64,000 bases of DNA from Macrostomum lignano (GCA_002269645.1 NIVC01000024.1:372001-436000), one strand, 5' to 3'. Counted from the first letter of the stretch, positions 1-51,022 are shown. The notes: generated by a model not told the origin, from the letters alone. Numbers and translations: made by a program.

Positions 1-403
1 TTGGTGGTGCGCACAATTAGTGTCATTGGTGGCGCGCACAATTAGTGTCATTGGTGGCGCGCACAATTAGTGTCATTGGTGGTGCCACAAGGTAGTGTCA
101 TTGGTGGCACTGCAAAGTAACGACAATGGTGGCGCCACAAGGTAGCGACTCAATGATGGCGCCACAAGGTAGCGACTCAATGGTGGCGCCACAAGGTAGC
201 GACACAATGATGGCGCCACAACGTAGCGACTCAATGATGGCGCCACAAGGTAGCGACACAATGATGGCGCCACAACGTAGCGACTCAATGATGGCGCCAC
301 AACGTAGCGACTCAATGATGGCGCCACAACGTAGCGACTCAATGATGGCGCCACAACGTAGCGACTCAATGATGGCGCCACAAGGTAGCGACAATGGTGG
401 CAC
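1..403. repeat. Minisatellite, 25-bp unit grading into a related 27-bp unit
   Basis: TTGGTGGCGCGCACAATTAGTGTCA followed by ATGATGGCGCCACAACGTAGCGACTCA. Confidence 0.9.
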
Positions 404-897
404 CAAAAACGGGGAAGCACTACGGATAACAAAAGAATAACTAATAAACATTTTCTCCAGAGAAAAGCAATCCGAGGCCCAGAGCATCAGGTGACTTGGG
501 AAGGGCTGCGGACAGTGCGGAGAGCAGGTGGAGGCAACAGCCTTTTTAACGTCCTTATAGAGAACGGCCTCGCGTCTCAAGTACTAAATTATGCTAGCTT
601 TTTTTCAGCAGAGGTAGGAAATAATTGCCCTTCACAACCCCATCATCGCGGAGATAGGGGGCTATAATGGAAATAGCAGTATGCCACGCAATCTAACGCT
701 GTACGTTCTCAGCTCACTCTGAGTAGCGAGAGCTGCACTGTAAGAGTCAAGTCTGTAATATGCTGCTTATTAATTCTTTTTAAAGTAAAGTGGCTTGGCT
801 TATGACTGGCCTGAAAACCAGGATTTTTTAAAAATGACTAGGCAAGTGCGAAACAAAAACTGCAGTGATCAGAAGACGGATGCGAGGCTGTCGCAGG

Positions 898-1951
898 TAT
901 GTAGTCATAATCATATTACGCTCGTAGTTATAGTAATATGTAGTCATAGTCATATTAGTTATAGTCATATGTAGTCATAGTCATATTAGTTTTAGTCATA
1001 TGTAGTCATAGTCATATCATAGTCATATGTAGTCATAGTCATATTATGGTCATATGCAGTCATAGTCATATCTAGTCATAGTCATATTAGTTATGGTCAT
1101 AGTCATATTAGTCGTAGTCATATTAGTCATAGTCATATTAGTTATGGTCATAGTCATATTAGTCATAGTCATATTAGTTATGGTCATATGCAGTCATAGT
1201 CATATCATAGTCATTAGTTATGGTCATATGCAGTCATAGTCATATTATAGTCATATGTAGTCATAGTCATATTATAGTCATATGTAGTCATAGTTATATT
1301 AGTTATAGTCATATGTAGTCATAGTCATATCATAGTCATATGTAGTCATAGTCATATTATGGTCATATGCAGTCATAGTCATATCTAGTCATAGTCATAT
1401 TAGTTATGGTCATAGTCATATTAGTCGTAGTCATATTAGTCATAGTCATATTAGTTATGGTCATAGTCATATTAGTCATAGTCATATTAGTTATGGTCAT
1501 ATGCAGTCATAGTCATATTATAGTCATTAGTTATGGTCATATGCAGTCATAGGCATATTATAGTCATATTGTTATGGTCATATGCAGTCATAGTCATATC
1601 ATAGTCATTAGTTATGGTCATATGCAGTCATAGTCATATTATAGTCATTAGTTATGGTCATATGCAGTCATAGTCATATTATAGTCATATTGTTATGGTC
1701 ATATGCAGTCATAGTCATATTATAGTCATATTAGTTATGGTCATATGCAGTCATAGGCATATTATAGTCATATTGTTATGGTCATATGCAGTCATAGTCA
1801 TATCATAGTCATTAGTTATGGTCATATGCAGTCATAGTCATATTATAGTCATATGTAGTCATAGTCATATTATAGTCATATGTAGTCATAGTTATATTAG
1901 TTATAGTCATATGTAGTCATAGTCATATTATAGTCATATGCAGTCATAGTC
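898..1951. repeat. (TAGTCA)n-derived complex satellite
   Basis: TAGTCA/TAGTTA/TGGTCA variants with larger internal duplications. Confidence 0.9.
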
Positions 1952-2039
1952 ACCCGTAGACACAAAAATATCCAGAAAAAGGCCAGAGAATCAAAGGTTC
2001 AAAATGAATTGAGAGTCAGATTGGTCAGAAAAATAGCCC

Positions 2040-2352
2040 GAGAGAGGTCAGGAAGAGTCGGGAAGAATCGGAGAGGTCACAGAGAGGTCAGGAAGAGTCG
2101 GGAAGAATCGGAGAGGTCAGGAAGAGTCAAGAAGAGTCAGAGAGGTCACAGAGAGGTCAGGAAAAGTCAGAAAGAGTCAGAGAGGTCACAGAGAGGTCAG
2201 GAAGAGTCAGGAAGAGAGTCAGAGAAGTCAGAGAGAGGTCAGGAAGAGTCAGGAAGAGAGTCAGAGAAGTCAGAGAGAGGTCAGGAAGAGTCAGGAAGAG
2301 TAAGAGAGGTCAGATAGAGGTCAGAAAGAGTCAGAGAGGTCAGAGAGAGGTC
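2040..2352. repeat. Purine-rich minisatellite (AGAGAGGTCAGGAAGAGTC-like)
   Basis: Direct inspection. Confidence 0.85.
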
Positions 2353-2953
2353 ATGTAGAGCATAAAAGTTGAAAAAGAGATCTAAGGAGCAGGCAGTCTA
2401 AGGGAGAACAAAAGCAAAGGGACAGAGCATCAAAAGGTGCTTTGCCAGCTGAAGATGCAGAGCCAGATGGGGAGCCAGATGAAGAGGTCTAGAACGGAGA
2501 AACGGATTTGCAGTAAAACTGTAGCCTTCACATGGAAATCTATAAAGCTCAGGAAATGATTATTTTGCTTCTATTATTAGGGATGGTGCGTCAATAAGAA
2601 GCGAGCTAGGAGGGGGACTCGTGACGCACATGCCGCATCAGCAGCTGCTAGTGCGACTTCCGCCTGCTTCTCCTCTCGCACCGCCCAGTCCATTACGAAA
2701 TTTAAGCTAAGCAAGGGCGAACATCTCGGCGTTTTGCCATCGAATTTCGCTTCTCGAGTTACTTTATTAAACAAAATTTCCAATTTAGATAGTAGGGGGA
2801 GTGAGATAAAAACGCTTGGCGCTTAATCCTCACAAATCCTGCGCCCGGGTAGGCTGTGTCCGGTGACTGCTCAACGCCTGCAGCGCTTTCAGCTTGGAAA
2901 GAATTATTTTATTCCTTTGCTCTCAGCTTTTCAGTGCAATTTGCAATGCCAGT

Positions 2954-3426
<473 letters not shown>

Positions 3427-4079
3427 TGGCTTGAACCGATCCAGGCCGCCAGGAGTTCTTGTGCTGACCTCATTGTCAGCAAAAGTACCGCTGGAGCTGC
3501 ATCCGCCGCTGGCAACCCGGATGCGCCGCCCCCTTCCCCCTGTGCAGGCTCGCATGTATGACGCCAAAGTGCGCAGTCGCTTCTGTGAATGCAATCTCAA
3601 AAAAGTGGGACTCCGGGCCAACACTTCCTTCCTTCCTTCCCGGGCACAGAAGGGGCACCTGAGGTCCATTGTCGCTCAAAAAATGATGGATTTAAATGAA
3701 CTTGGAGGATAATCGAGGCCCTAGCAGTTACAGCTAGGAAAAGGTATTTGAGACCAGTCACATTGACAGTCTTCTGCTCAAGAAATTTTCCCTCATTACT
3801 AATTTTATTGTCGGGCTGTCAGCAGCTCAATACACCGCGTACTTTTGATCGATCTTTCTTCTTACTAATCAACGATCATTAACTAAAGCTCCGTTCCCAC
3901 ACAATAAGTTGATCGATTTTCTATTTTTGACTAATAAATCTATTTACTGCTACTTTTACTGAGTAGTGCAATTCAGACATGTTCGTAAGATTATCCACTT
4001 TGTTTCCGTCAACAGACATACGAGCGTAGCCTTACTGACAAGCAGGCGACGTTCCTGTCTAACGGATTTATTAATGTCT

Positions 4080-4706
4080 CACTGGTGATGTTCCTGTCTT
4101 ACTGGTGATTCTACTGTCTTACTGGTGATGTTCCTGTCTTACTGGTGATTCTCCTGTCTTACTGGTGATTCTCCTGTCTTACTGGTGATTCTCCTGTCTC
4201 ACTGGTGATTCTCCTGTCTTACTGGTGATACTCCTGTCTTACTGGTGATTCTCCTGTCTTACTGGTGATTGTCCTGTCTTGCTGGTGATGTTCCTGTCTT
4301 ACTTGTGATACTCCTGTCTTACTGGTGATGTTCCTGTCTTACTGGTGATTCTCCTGTCTTACTGGTGATGTTCCTGTCTAACTGGTGATTCGCCTGTCTT
4401 ACTGGTGAGGTTCCTGTCTTACTTGTGATACTCCTGTCTTACTGGTGATTCTCCTGTCTTACTGGTGATTGTCCTGTCTTACTGGTGATGTTCCTGTCTT
4501 ACTTGTGATACTCCTGTCTTACTGTTGATGTTCCTGTCTTACTTGTGATACTCCTGTCTTACTGGTGATTCTCCTGTCTTACTGGTGATGTTCCTGTCTA
4601 ACTGGTGATTGTCCTGTCTTACTGGTGATGTTCCTGTCTTACTGGTGATTGTCCTGTCTTACTGGTGATGTTCCTGTCTTACTGGTGATTCTCCTGTCTC
4701 CTGTCT
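4080..4706. repeat. 20-bp minisatellite ACTGGTGATTCTCCTGTCTT
   Basis: ~31 copies. Confidence 0.95.
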
Positions 4707-5095
4707 TTGGAGGGATATCAGGGCGGTTATTATGGCATCGTTACCTCTAGGGAAAAATCCGCATTGAGGAATTCCAACTTTGCCTCTCCGGTGTCGAGAA
4801 TGCGGAGCACTTCATCTGTGAATGCCCCGCCTTTACTCAGGAGAGGCTCACCTACCTCGGCCCAAACCCGGACCTCTCCGACGTTTTCAAGCTCGAGAAT
4901 GTCTGGCAGCTCGTCCGCTACCTGAGGGCTGCCGGGCGAGCGACCTTCCACCTCCTGGACTCTCCGGAGGGGGACCGCGCTGCGGACACCGGCACCACCG
5001 GATCTCTGCGCGACACCGCAGCACCAGCTGCCCGTGGTCGCCAGTGGTCAGCGGAACAACTCCTTCCCCCGCTGTACCCCAGAGCAAGTTAAGTA
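4707..5095 (+). mobile_element. Heavily 5'-truncated, degenerate third LOA-like non-LTR copy (CCHC end + 3' UTR)
   Basis: A + frame absent from the ORF track reads ISG..LLWHRYL*GKIRIEEFQLCLSGVENAEHFICECPAFTQERLTYLGP...VRYLRAAGR, which aligns to the ORF2 C-terminus of the full-length copy. It ends in AAGTTAAGTAA. Confidence 0.8.
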
Positions 5096-5853
5096 AACCC
5101 TTAAGTAAAATCTTAAGAGCGGGCAAATTCTAAATGAAAATTAGCTAGAAGCGATAAAATTGGAATCTGAAACTAAATTTCAAATGCGAGCCATTTCTAC
5201 CAACAGATATTTCATATTTTGTGAGGCTAGTTACTGACCCTCGCATTATTAGCTAATGAGTCACAGTGACAGACCAAGCGGCCAGCAACCCAACATTCGT
5301 TGCCAAAATTTGAGGACTCGTTGAACTCAAAGCTGGCTGAATCTCTAGCAAGGGCTCCTCAGGTGGTGGTTGAGTCTTGCTGAGCAAATTTTACCGAATC
5401 GGCGACTTTCCTTTGTGTCTTTGAAGTTGCAACCTTCCCGCCCTCGGAGCACCATCTGCAGCTTTCGCTGGCTCAAAGCACCCCTCCCCCCAAATCAATT
5501 TGGAGCCAAAAATATCAAAGTCTCCGATGCGTGGCTTCCTGAGATTTTCGAAATTTCTGGTAGCACCTGGGCCACGATAATTTCTCTGCGCGCAGAATGT
5601 GGCTGCAGCTGTTCGACTCGTTTCTGCGTTGGCGGTGCTCCTAAAGGCGGGGCTGCCGAAATGCTGTAGCAGCACTCAGCCAACACAGCGCCTAAACAGC
5701 TAGAACTCCTTGTTATCGTAGGCGCTGTCAAATGCAGGTTGCTCCATGCTTCAAGGATTTTATGATCCTAGAAAGGAAACCGCAGACGGACATTCTTACG
5801 CAACCTGCAAGCTGCCAGACGGATTCAAAGTGGATGCAGCGTTTCAATCTGAT

Positions 5854-6742
5854 CTAGTCAATCTGAGCAATTCCCATTCAGTCCCTAGTCAATCTGAGCA
5901 ATTCCCATTCAGTCCCTAGTCAATCTGAGCAATTCCCATTCAGTCCCTAGTCAATCTGAGCAATTCCCATTGAGCCCCTAGTCAATCTAAGCAATTCCCA
6001 TTGAGCCCCTAGTCAATCTGAGCAATTCCCATTGAGTCCCTAGTCAATCTGAGCAATTCCCATTGAGCCCCTAGTCAATCTAAGCAATTCCCATTGAGTC
6101 CCTAGTCAATCTAAGCAATTCCCATTGAGTCCCTAGTCAATCTGAGCAATTCCCATTGAGTCCTAGTCAATCTGAGCAATTCCCATTCAGTCCCTAGTCA
6201 ATCTGAGCAATTCCCATTGAGTCCTAGTCAATCTGAGCAATTCCCATTCAGTCCTAGTCAATTTGAGCAATTCCCATTCAGTCCCTAGTCAATTTGAGCA
6301 ATTCCCATTCAGTCCTAGTCAATCTGAGCAATTCCCATTGAGTCCTAGTCAATCTGAGCAATTCCCATTGAGAGTCAATCTGAGCAATTCCCATTGAGTC
6401 CTAGTCAATCTGAGCAATTCCCATTGAGTCCCTAGTCAATCTAAGCAACTCCCATTGAGTCCCTAGTCAATCTGAGCAATTCCCATTGAGTCCCTAGTCA
6501 ATCTGAGCAACTCCCATTGAGTCCCTAGTCAATCTAAGCAATTCCCATTGAGTCCCTAGTCAATCTGAGCAATTCCCATTGAGTCCTAGTCAATCTGAGC
6601 AATTCCCATTGAGTCCCTAGTCAATCTGAGCAACTCCCATTGAGTCCCTAGTCAATCTGAGCAACTCCCATTGAGTCCCTAGTCAATCTGAGCAATTCCC
6701 ATTGAGTCCCTAGTCAATCTGAGCAACTCCCATTGAGTCCCT
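5854..6742. repeat. 30-31-bp minisatellite CTAGTCAATCTGAGCAATTCCCATTGAGTCC
   Basis: ~29 copies. Confidence 0.95.
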
Positions 6743-6837
6743 AATCGAACAGATAAATAAACTGCCTAGTTTGTAAGCGTTATTAATGCCTACATGATGG
6801 GTGATGCCGCAGGGAGAGGGACTTCTGGGCGCAGGGG

Positions 6838-6985
6838 GAGAGAGGGAGAGAGGCAGGGAGAGAGGCAGGGAGAGAGGCAGGGAGAGAGGCAGGGAGAGAG
6901 GCAGGGAGAGAGGCAGGGAGAGAGGCAGGGAGAGAGGCAGGGAGAGAGGCAGGGAGAGAGGCAGGGAGAAAGGCAGGGAGAGAGG
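6838..6985. repeat. 12-bp repeat GAGAGGCAGGGA
   Basis: Same family as 46165-46762, in the opposite orientation. Confidence 0.9.
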
Positions 6986-7154
6986 TATGATGCAGGGAGT
7001 GGGCAAGATTGGCGTTGTGCGTTGGCGGGTGACAGACAATTAAGCGGGCGATATCGATACTGATTACACACCCAATGGTAGTATGGTCTCTAGGAGATGG
7101 AAATAATTTTTCTGCTTAAAGCTTTTTGGTTGCACCTGGGGCAGTAGAGAGCGG

Positions 7155-7345
7155 AGTGCAGTATGGAGTGCAGTAGGGCGTGCAGTAGGGAGTGCAGTAG
7201 GGAGTGCAGTAGGGAGTGCAGTAGGGAGTGCAGTAGGGAGTGCTATAGGCAGTGCAGTATGGAGTGCAGTAGGGAGTGCAGTAGGCAGTGCAGTAGGGAG
7301 TGCTATAGGCAGTGCAGTAGGGAGTGCTATAGGCAGTGCAGTTAG
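7155..7345. repeat. 12-bp repeat GTGCAGTAGGGA
   Basis: Direct inspection. Confidence 0.9.
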
Positions 7346-7738
7346 GGGAGTGCTGCAGGTGTCTGCAATTTAGTCATCATTTGTGTGGCTGCGGAACTGC
7401 TGAAATGGCGTAGGTTCTTTGAAGCCTCAAAGGATGCTGGGGACCCAAAATGGCTGCCTTCAATCATTCATAAATACAGATTGCACCTACAGTTCACGTT
7501 TTTCCCTGCAGAGAAAAGCAGAAAATCAGAAAGGAGGGACCAGATGGCTGTTGCTTCTTTATAATTGTCTTCAAAAGCAATCTTAGAATTTCTGCACCTG
7601 TTTCAGACTATTTTATCCATTTGCATGGAATTATCCTATGGAAATTTCTTGTCAATGCTTGTTTATTGGTCTCGGGCCGATGGCCAAAATTGATTCTCTG
7701 TGATCCGGTGACGCCCACGATCGACGAGAGAGCAACAC

Positions 7739-7744
7739 TATAAA
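7739..7744 (+). promoter_or_regulatory. TATA box of the small secreted-peptide gene
   Basis: TATAAA ~30 nt upstream of an Inr-like TCACTG (~7775) and 115 nt upstream of the ATG; a CRE half-site TGACG lies at ~7709. Confidence 0.5.
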
Positions 7745-7853
7745 GCCAGCAGGTCCGCGGGCCGAGAGAGCTCCTCACTGAGTCACTTGCAGAGTCACCT
7801 GCACCAAGTCTCTTCTCCAGCTATTGTATTGCAGCGAAAACGAATTAAGGGCA

Positions 7854-8278
7854 ATGTGTCGCGTTATCCGAAAGGCTGTGCTCTGTGCTAGCGTCGTATG
7901 GGTTGTAGCCATGGTAACGCAGACGCCCGGTGTAGCCGAGTGTTGTAAGTACTCTGATATTCTGTGTGATGACTCTATCGCATTTAAACTACGATTACCT
8001 CGAAACATATACTACAGTATTTAATGACTGTTATTGATTTATTAATTTTTCTAGCACCTATTCGACTGTCTGATTTTGACGAGGACCCGGAGAAGCCCAG
8101 GGTGATAGCCGAGCAGCGCCAGTGCGCCGTGGAGTGGCTGGTCCGCCACCTGCTGGCCCATCGTGCCAGGCAGGCCGACTGGAGCGAGGACGGCGACGTT
8201 GACCCGTCGATGTTCTCAGAGCCGCCGCGGCGTCATCATCCGCGAGTGAGGCGGCTCTACAGCCGGTTTCGGATCTGA
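7854..8278 (+). CDS. Small two-exon gene, 104-aa probable secreted (prepro)peptide, family not recognised
   Basis: Exon 7854-7944 (ATG to T|gtaagt) joins exon 8055-8278 (tag|CA to TGA) in phase. The product has a hydrophobic N-terminus (MCRVIRKAVLCASVVWVVAMVTQTPGVAEC) and RR pairs near the C-terminus. TATAAA lies upstream and AATAAA overlaps the stop codon. Confidence 0.65.
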
Positions 8279-8283
8279 ATAAA
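8278..8283 (+). terminator. Polyadenylation signal AATAAA
   Basis: AATAAA overlaps the TGA of the 8055-8278 terminal exon. Confidence 0.5.
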
Positions 8284-9993
8284 ACAGCGATCGATGGAGA
8301 TGATGCAGCCCCATCTCCTATAATTGGGCCGTCAGCTACACCATGTGACTTTGGAATTGTTATTTCGTAGCGTAAATTACTGTATATTTATTAGGTATAG
8401 GGAAGTCCTGATTGACATCTCCGAAATATCTACTATCAATATAGTATAGAGCTCGCTTGAAGTGCGCGTCCACTGTTAGCCCCTTACGCTTCGCTAATAA
8501 ATACAAAGTCCTATTCAAACTTTGAGAGAAAGCAATATTAATAAAATTAGTTGACAAGAAGATATTTTCTGTCTGCAGCATCAAAAACTTTTGGATTGTT
8601 GATAAAATTGTTTTTCTTGCATAACCGGCCGGCTCGTATATAAGTGACTTCATGTAATCAAGTCGGATAAAATGAACGCGTAGCAATGGAAGTCGAAGTT
8701 AAAGTTTAAACCAGTGGCAGCTATAGATAAATAAAGCCTTGTTATTCGTTATTATAGTAGATATATTTTAGATTTAGTTCGAAAATCATTACTATAATTC
8801 GATTAAAGCCGAGGACAGACAGAAATTGTGCGTGCAAAGTGTGAGATGGTTAGGATTTGGGGAAATAATGCGTAGCTTTTTAAAGAATATAATTTTGTTA
8901 CTTTTAAAAAGGAAAAACTCGTAAAATAAATATATAAAAAGCTACAATTAACAGTTAAATGTGTGATTTTTTATGTTGTCTTCAAAAGCAAAAAAGCTAA
9001 GCTATAGCAGGCCATGCAGCAATAAAATGTTTTTTTTCAAAATAAGTGTTTCATTCCTCCTTAATCTAGGACCACTAGCAGTATATCAGCACGCTACACT
9101 CAAAGATCGTATTTTTTTAGGCCAATTTCCTTCAAAAAAACACTGCAGAGGTAAAAAAATCTTTTTTTCTTCACAAATTTTTTTTCATGGAAATCGGCCT
9201 TGTAATATACCTTGTAATATTTTCAGATGACTAATTTTTTTAGAAATTCAAGGCATTTAATAAAATCAGATTCAAAGCCACTGAAGGTTGGTTGTTTGCC
9301 AAAATTATATGGGGAATTTTATTGTACATGCAGGCTTTTAATAACTAATAAACTAGCTACATTCTAAATTTCTTACTTGAATCATAATGCTTCATTTTAG
9401 ACTACAAAGCAGCTTGTAAAAGCAAATACGCTCGTAGTTACATGTAGCTACATAATATGCACATTAAGAGGCCGTTTCATGCAGATAAATTTAAGACGCT
9501 TTATAATTTTTAGAACCATTTTGCGAACTACAAAGTTTTCTCAGCTTCCTTATAGCTAAATTGAGAGGTGAATAAGTTACAAAATTTCCTTTTTTACGAA
9601 TCAAGGCTTCTTAAAGGCAGCTGTTGAAATCCTGCATAGCCAATGTGATTTCTAATCAAATTAGTAACAGAAATGAGGATTTGTTATACTGCTTTGTTTA
9701 TTGCTCGGTGATTCTGAACCTTTAATAGGGACAAAATTTTAATTGGGATGACGTAATATCGTAACTTCCGACCTGCAGTACAAAGCCTAATTATAATGGT
9801 TTCCAGCCAAGCAAATTAACAAACTTATACGGATAAAAGGCAAGCACGTTTGATTAACATGGGATTAAAGATCAAATAAGCTGAAATTTTGCTACGAAGA
9901 ATTTTCTGTCGTTTTTGTTGTTTCTGTTGACAGTAGTTTCATTGTCAAGCCCAACTATTATCGGCTTTAAAAAAGCTTCATTATTTTCATTCG

Positions 9994-47146
<37,153 letters not shown>

Positions 47147-49419
47147 GGTCGATCGATATATTTTAAATCAATAATATAACGGACAAAAGTAGATTATATT
47201 TATTGTTGGCACCTCTGGCCAACAATAATAACAACAATAATTTTGTTTTAACAGAGCGGTTCCTCGATGCTATAAGTGAATGATGTTTGAATAGATTTTT
47301 TTATGTTTGAGAGACTTCACCTTGCGCGCTACAGAGCTGGGCCGGGTGTAGGTACAGGTATATACTGCACAGCTGCCATCTCTGTTTGGTGTTGGTTGGA
47401 TTCAAAAACTTCAGTGAGGATTTGCCCCAGCCACTAGGGAGGGACACAGGCCAGGCGGACAGAGGAGCAGAGAGAGCGCAAAGCTGATGGAGAGAGGCCG
47501 GGAAGCTGTCCCAACCGTATGCGGATAATGCAAATTCCTACGGACTGTGTATGTTCCCCAAGAAGCAAGTACGGTGATGCAGCTTTTGCAGCGCTGCTTG
47601 CGGTGCTGAAATCGGCCGTGGCTTCGCGATATGCCTTCGCGTCTGAAAGCACAAAAGCGGCAAAGTTTCCTCGAACTTCTTCTTCTCTCTCTTTCCCTCC
47701 TTTCCGCACTCGCGAAAAATCGACGGTATTCGATAACTATTTTTTCTTGTCCTCTCCAATTCTTTTTCCACGACACGAAAATTCATCCCTTCCCGATCCC
47801 TAGGTAGCTAAATGCAATTCCAGGAGCGCGATCCTGCTGCGTGAAAAGTTAGAAAAGAAATAAGCTTTTGTTTAGGGGCTGCTGGGCCATGTGTTCATCA
47901 CTGGTGCTGGCTGCGTCCTAAACCTACATTCAGAAAGGAATGCAGTGTCGTGCGCCTGCAGTATTCCGTACACAGCATTAGTGTACCAGATATGCGGATT
48001 ATTTACTATATACATGTATAATCTTTTTCAGCGTTGAAAATATCTACATGTATTGTAATATGCAATTTAGACATGTATGCAACGAGTGAATCTCATTATT
48101 TACTCTCTTACATGTACGTGAAGACAATTACTTGGAACCAAGTTCTGCAAAGCAGATTTATAACTTCCACTACAAATAAAAAATCTATCAAAAATATCGA
48201 TTACGTAGACAAATGTAGATGTTTGCTCTTACAAGCAAATAATTTTACTTCTGACACATGAGACAGATTTTTACACCCCCAATACGCTCGTACTTTTGCG
48301 TCACTACACACAATTGTTCGACAATTAACATGCCATGATCCGATGATCGACTACGGGAAAAACCCTTGAGCGAGAGAATCATGGACAAAAGACTAGTTTT
48401 TCGCTTTATTTTGTCCATGAAAAGAAATTTAAGTAAGAGTGATACAGACATAGTGTACAATGCAATGTTGTGTAGCATAAAAAATCCGAAAAATAAGCTG
48501 TGTTACTGTTTATAACAAAATGAAACATAAATAGTCACTAATGGAACTGGTAGGACAACGTTTTTACTTAAAAAGTCTTAGTAAAATCTTTTCTACATGT
48601 AGGCATTAAAATTTTCAGAAAAAAAGTTGCTAGTACCTAAGCTAAATACAAATATGTGATATTTCAAATGCGTATAAATTATTGAGATATTCGTTCTATT
48701 GTTATTTATTTCTTTTGTACTACTGTTGTAAGAGCAATAGCCACAAAAAGACAGACGCTTTTGGTTTTGAATAACAGTTAATGCATCGCATTGTATTCCC
48801 TTATACTTAGTAAAAACTATAAATAGTTTGGCAAGCATAATTTATATTCGAGTTCAAGTTCAGGTTAATTTACACGCTTTCGTTCTTTTTTGCTTTTAAA
48901 AACAAAAGTCTTCTTTAAAATTTAAGTGTATGATTCTATATTCCAGTGGCAAGTGTGCGCATTAAGGTTAATTTCGAGGCAAGAAAACTATACAGTGTGT
49001 GGAAATAGTAGTGAGCTCTTGAGTCTTGTTTATTTTACTTTTAGTTCAAATAATCGTTATTTTTATTTTTATTTGAACACTAAATTACAGTTTACAGAAA
49101 GTAATTTATTAATTTTTACTGAAGACAGTTCAGCTTTACACAGTGATTGTTAGTTGATAAATAATAAACACTTACATTATTTATTTGTTGTTTTATACTT
49201 AGAAAAATAGATCTCAAATCACTTAATTACGTCTCATAAGTTATTTTTCTATATTTTAGTCTATTTTCGTTTTTTAGGAAGTTAATGGAATTAATTTCTT
49301 ACTAAATCGAATTTTTATATTATTAATGTTTTTTGTTTCAGCAAAATTTAAAACACAAAGCACAAAACGGCGTCTTTAAAAAAATTATTGTTTGATTAAT
49401 TTCATTAAAACTAACAAAA

Positions 49420-49686
49420 ATGGCATCATCGGTCGCGCCGCAGCCAACTCGCCTGGTCCGGCCGAAGAACTGGAACGAGGAGGTGGAGGACGCCTACAGA
49501 TTTCAGCTGGCCGGCTACAGAGACGCGGCCGAGTACCGCGCTCTGAGGGGGGAGGAGCCGCTCCGCTGGACTGAGACCGGGTTCGTCAAGAAACTTACCC
49601 GACGTGACGGCTGCTTTTATTATTTTAATCGATTGCGCGAATGCCTAGATAAGGACGTGCACAAGTGCAAGCTGTACTGTTACTGA
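49420..49686 (+). CDS. MEIG1: Meiosis-expressed gene 1 protein (88 aa, single coding exon)
   Basis: ATG-TGA ORF MASS...[20 protein letters not shown]...[27 protein letters not shown]...KLYCY matches the MEIG1 family signature (W.EE.E..YRFQ.AGYRD; RWPETGYVKKLQRRD.TFYY) and its typical length. Confidence 0.93.
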   Translation: MASSVAPQPTRLVRPKNWNEEVEDAYRFQLAGYRDAAEYRALRGEEPLRWTETGFVKKLTRRDGCFYYFNRLRECLDKDVHKCKLYCY

Positions 49687-50454
49687 GCCATGGAAACGAT
49701 TCGTGCGGTGTTATGTGTGTTGATTTTTTAAATCATACTTGCTTACTCCTAATATTTTATTATGATGCCTAGGATACAACTACTGTTAGTAGAAACTGAA
49801 ATTCTAGGGAACATGAAAATAAAATTCAGGAAATCTTAGGAAAAGTTTGAATAATTATATATTTACGATCTCTGTATTCCCCAATTCTTGAACTACAGAG
49901 CAACTACAAGCGTCGCGCATGCAAAATAAAGTTGAGCGAAATGAAAATCTACCAAAGCAAAAAATAAACTTAAGTTGGCAGAAATTAGATGCATATTTAC
50001 CTTGGCTATAAATTTCGTACCCGATCTCTGACCAGCTTTCAGACACGCTTCAAATATATATTGACGATTTTTGATTGACTTTTTTTGTAAAACTGTTCAA
50101 CTCTGCACTTTATTAACTTTAGTTCTTCATTGAATTTGTTTAATAGTCTATGGCTTCTTTGATTGACAATTAGAAAAAGACCAATTTCTTTTTAATAGAA
50201 AGAGTTAGAAACTTTCAGAGGAACTGCCTGTGAGCAGCGGTCTCCATCCGACACACACATCGTTCGCCCTTGCGACATATACAGCAGGCCAACACGCTCG
50301 ACTGTTAACGTGTCATAGATCACTGACGATCATCTTTACGTAGACAACAAATAAATGTAAGATAATAGAGCTCTGAGACTTTACCCTTGGCCTAGGCTAG
50401 GTGTGGTTCGACTCTCTGAAGCCATAGAAATATCGGGCGTGCACCAATGCGGTA

Positions 50455-50600
50455 CAGGTGAGAGGTAGGGGAATGAGAGGAGAGAGGGTGAGATGTAGGG
50501 GAATAAGAGGAGAGAGAAGGTGAGATGTACATGTAGGGGAATGAGAGGAGATAGAGGGTGAGAGGTAGGGGAATGATACGAGAGAGAAGTAAGAGAGGTG
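50455..50600. repeat. Degenerate purine-rich repeat (GAGAGGTAGGGGAAT)
   Basis: Direct inspection. Confidence 0.7.
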
Positions 50601-51022
50601 GGGCAGAGGTTGGGATTGAAGAAGCAAATTCATTATCAAATAAAAATACATTCAAAACACGCCAGAAGCCATGCTGAGCGATTGCTTTTGACTTTGCAGT
50701 CGATTAATTCCTGCAATCTCGTCAAATTGTAAAATCATAAATTGCGCCTCGAAATTTGATTATTGCATCTACTCCGCATAGCATATAATAGATGAAGAAG
50801 TTCTACGCCAATCAAAAAATACTTTTTGTTGATGAAAATCACAGTGAAGCCAGACGAAAACTATAATAAATTAGACGACAAAATTTTCGCATCATGGTAC
50901 AGCTATGCTCTCTCATAATTGTAAAATACAATCACTCAGATGACTCAAAAAGAGTTTAAAAAACGGATCACAAGCTTTTTGATGATTTGCTTTACTAACA
51001 GTTTAATGTACACGACATAACG

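Noticed and set aside
4730-4951. Minus-strand ORF with plausible-looking codons
   Set aside because: It is the antisense shadow of the + strand LINE C-terminus.
5230-5850. Overlapping short ORFs 5370-5731
   Set aside because: No recognisable motif, and no consistent splice sites or strand preference.
7905-7918. X-box-like GTAGCCATGGTAAC
   Set aside because: It is a single copy inside a coding exon, so chance cannot be excluded.
8360-9230. AT-rich ORFs 8360-8686 and 8973-9230; likewise 47411-49153
   Set aside because: Non-ATG or weak starts, intergenic-like composition and no family motifs.
50395-50420. B-box-like GGTTCGACTC (tRNA or SINE)
   Set aside because: There is no A box or cloverleaf upstream and no tail.
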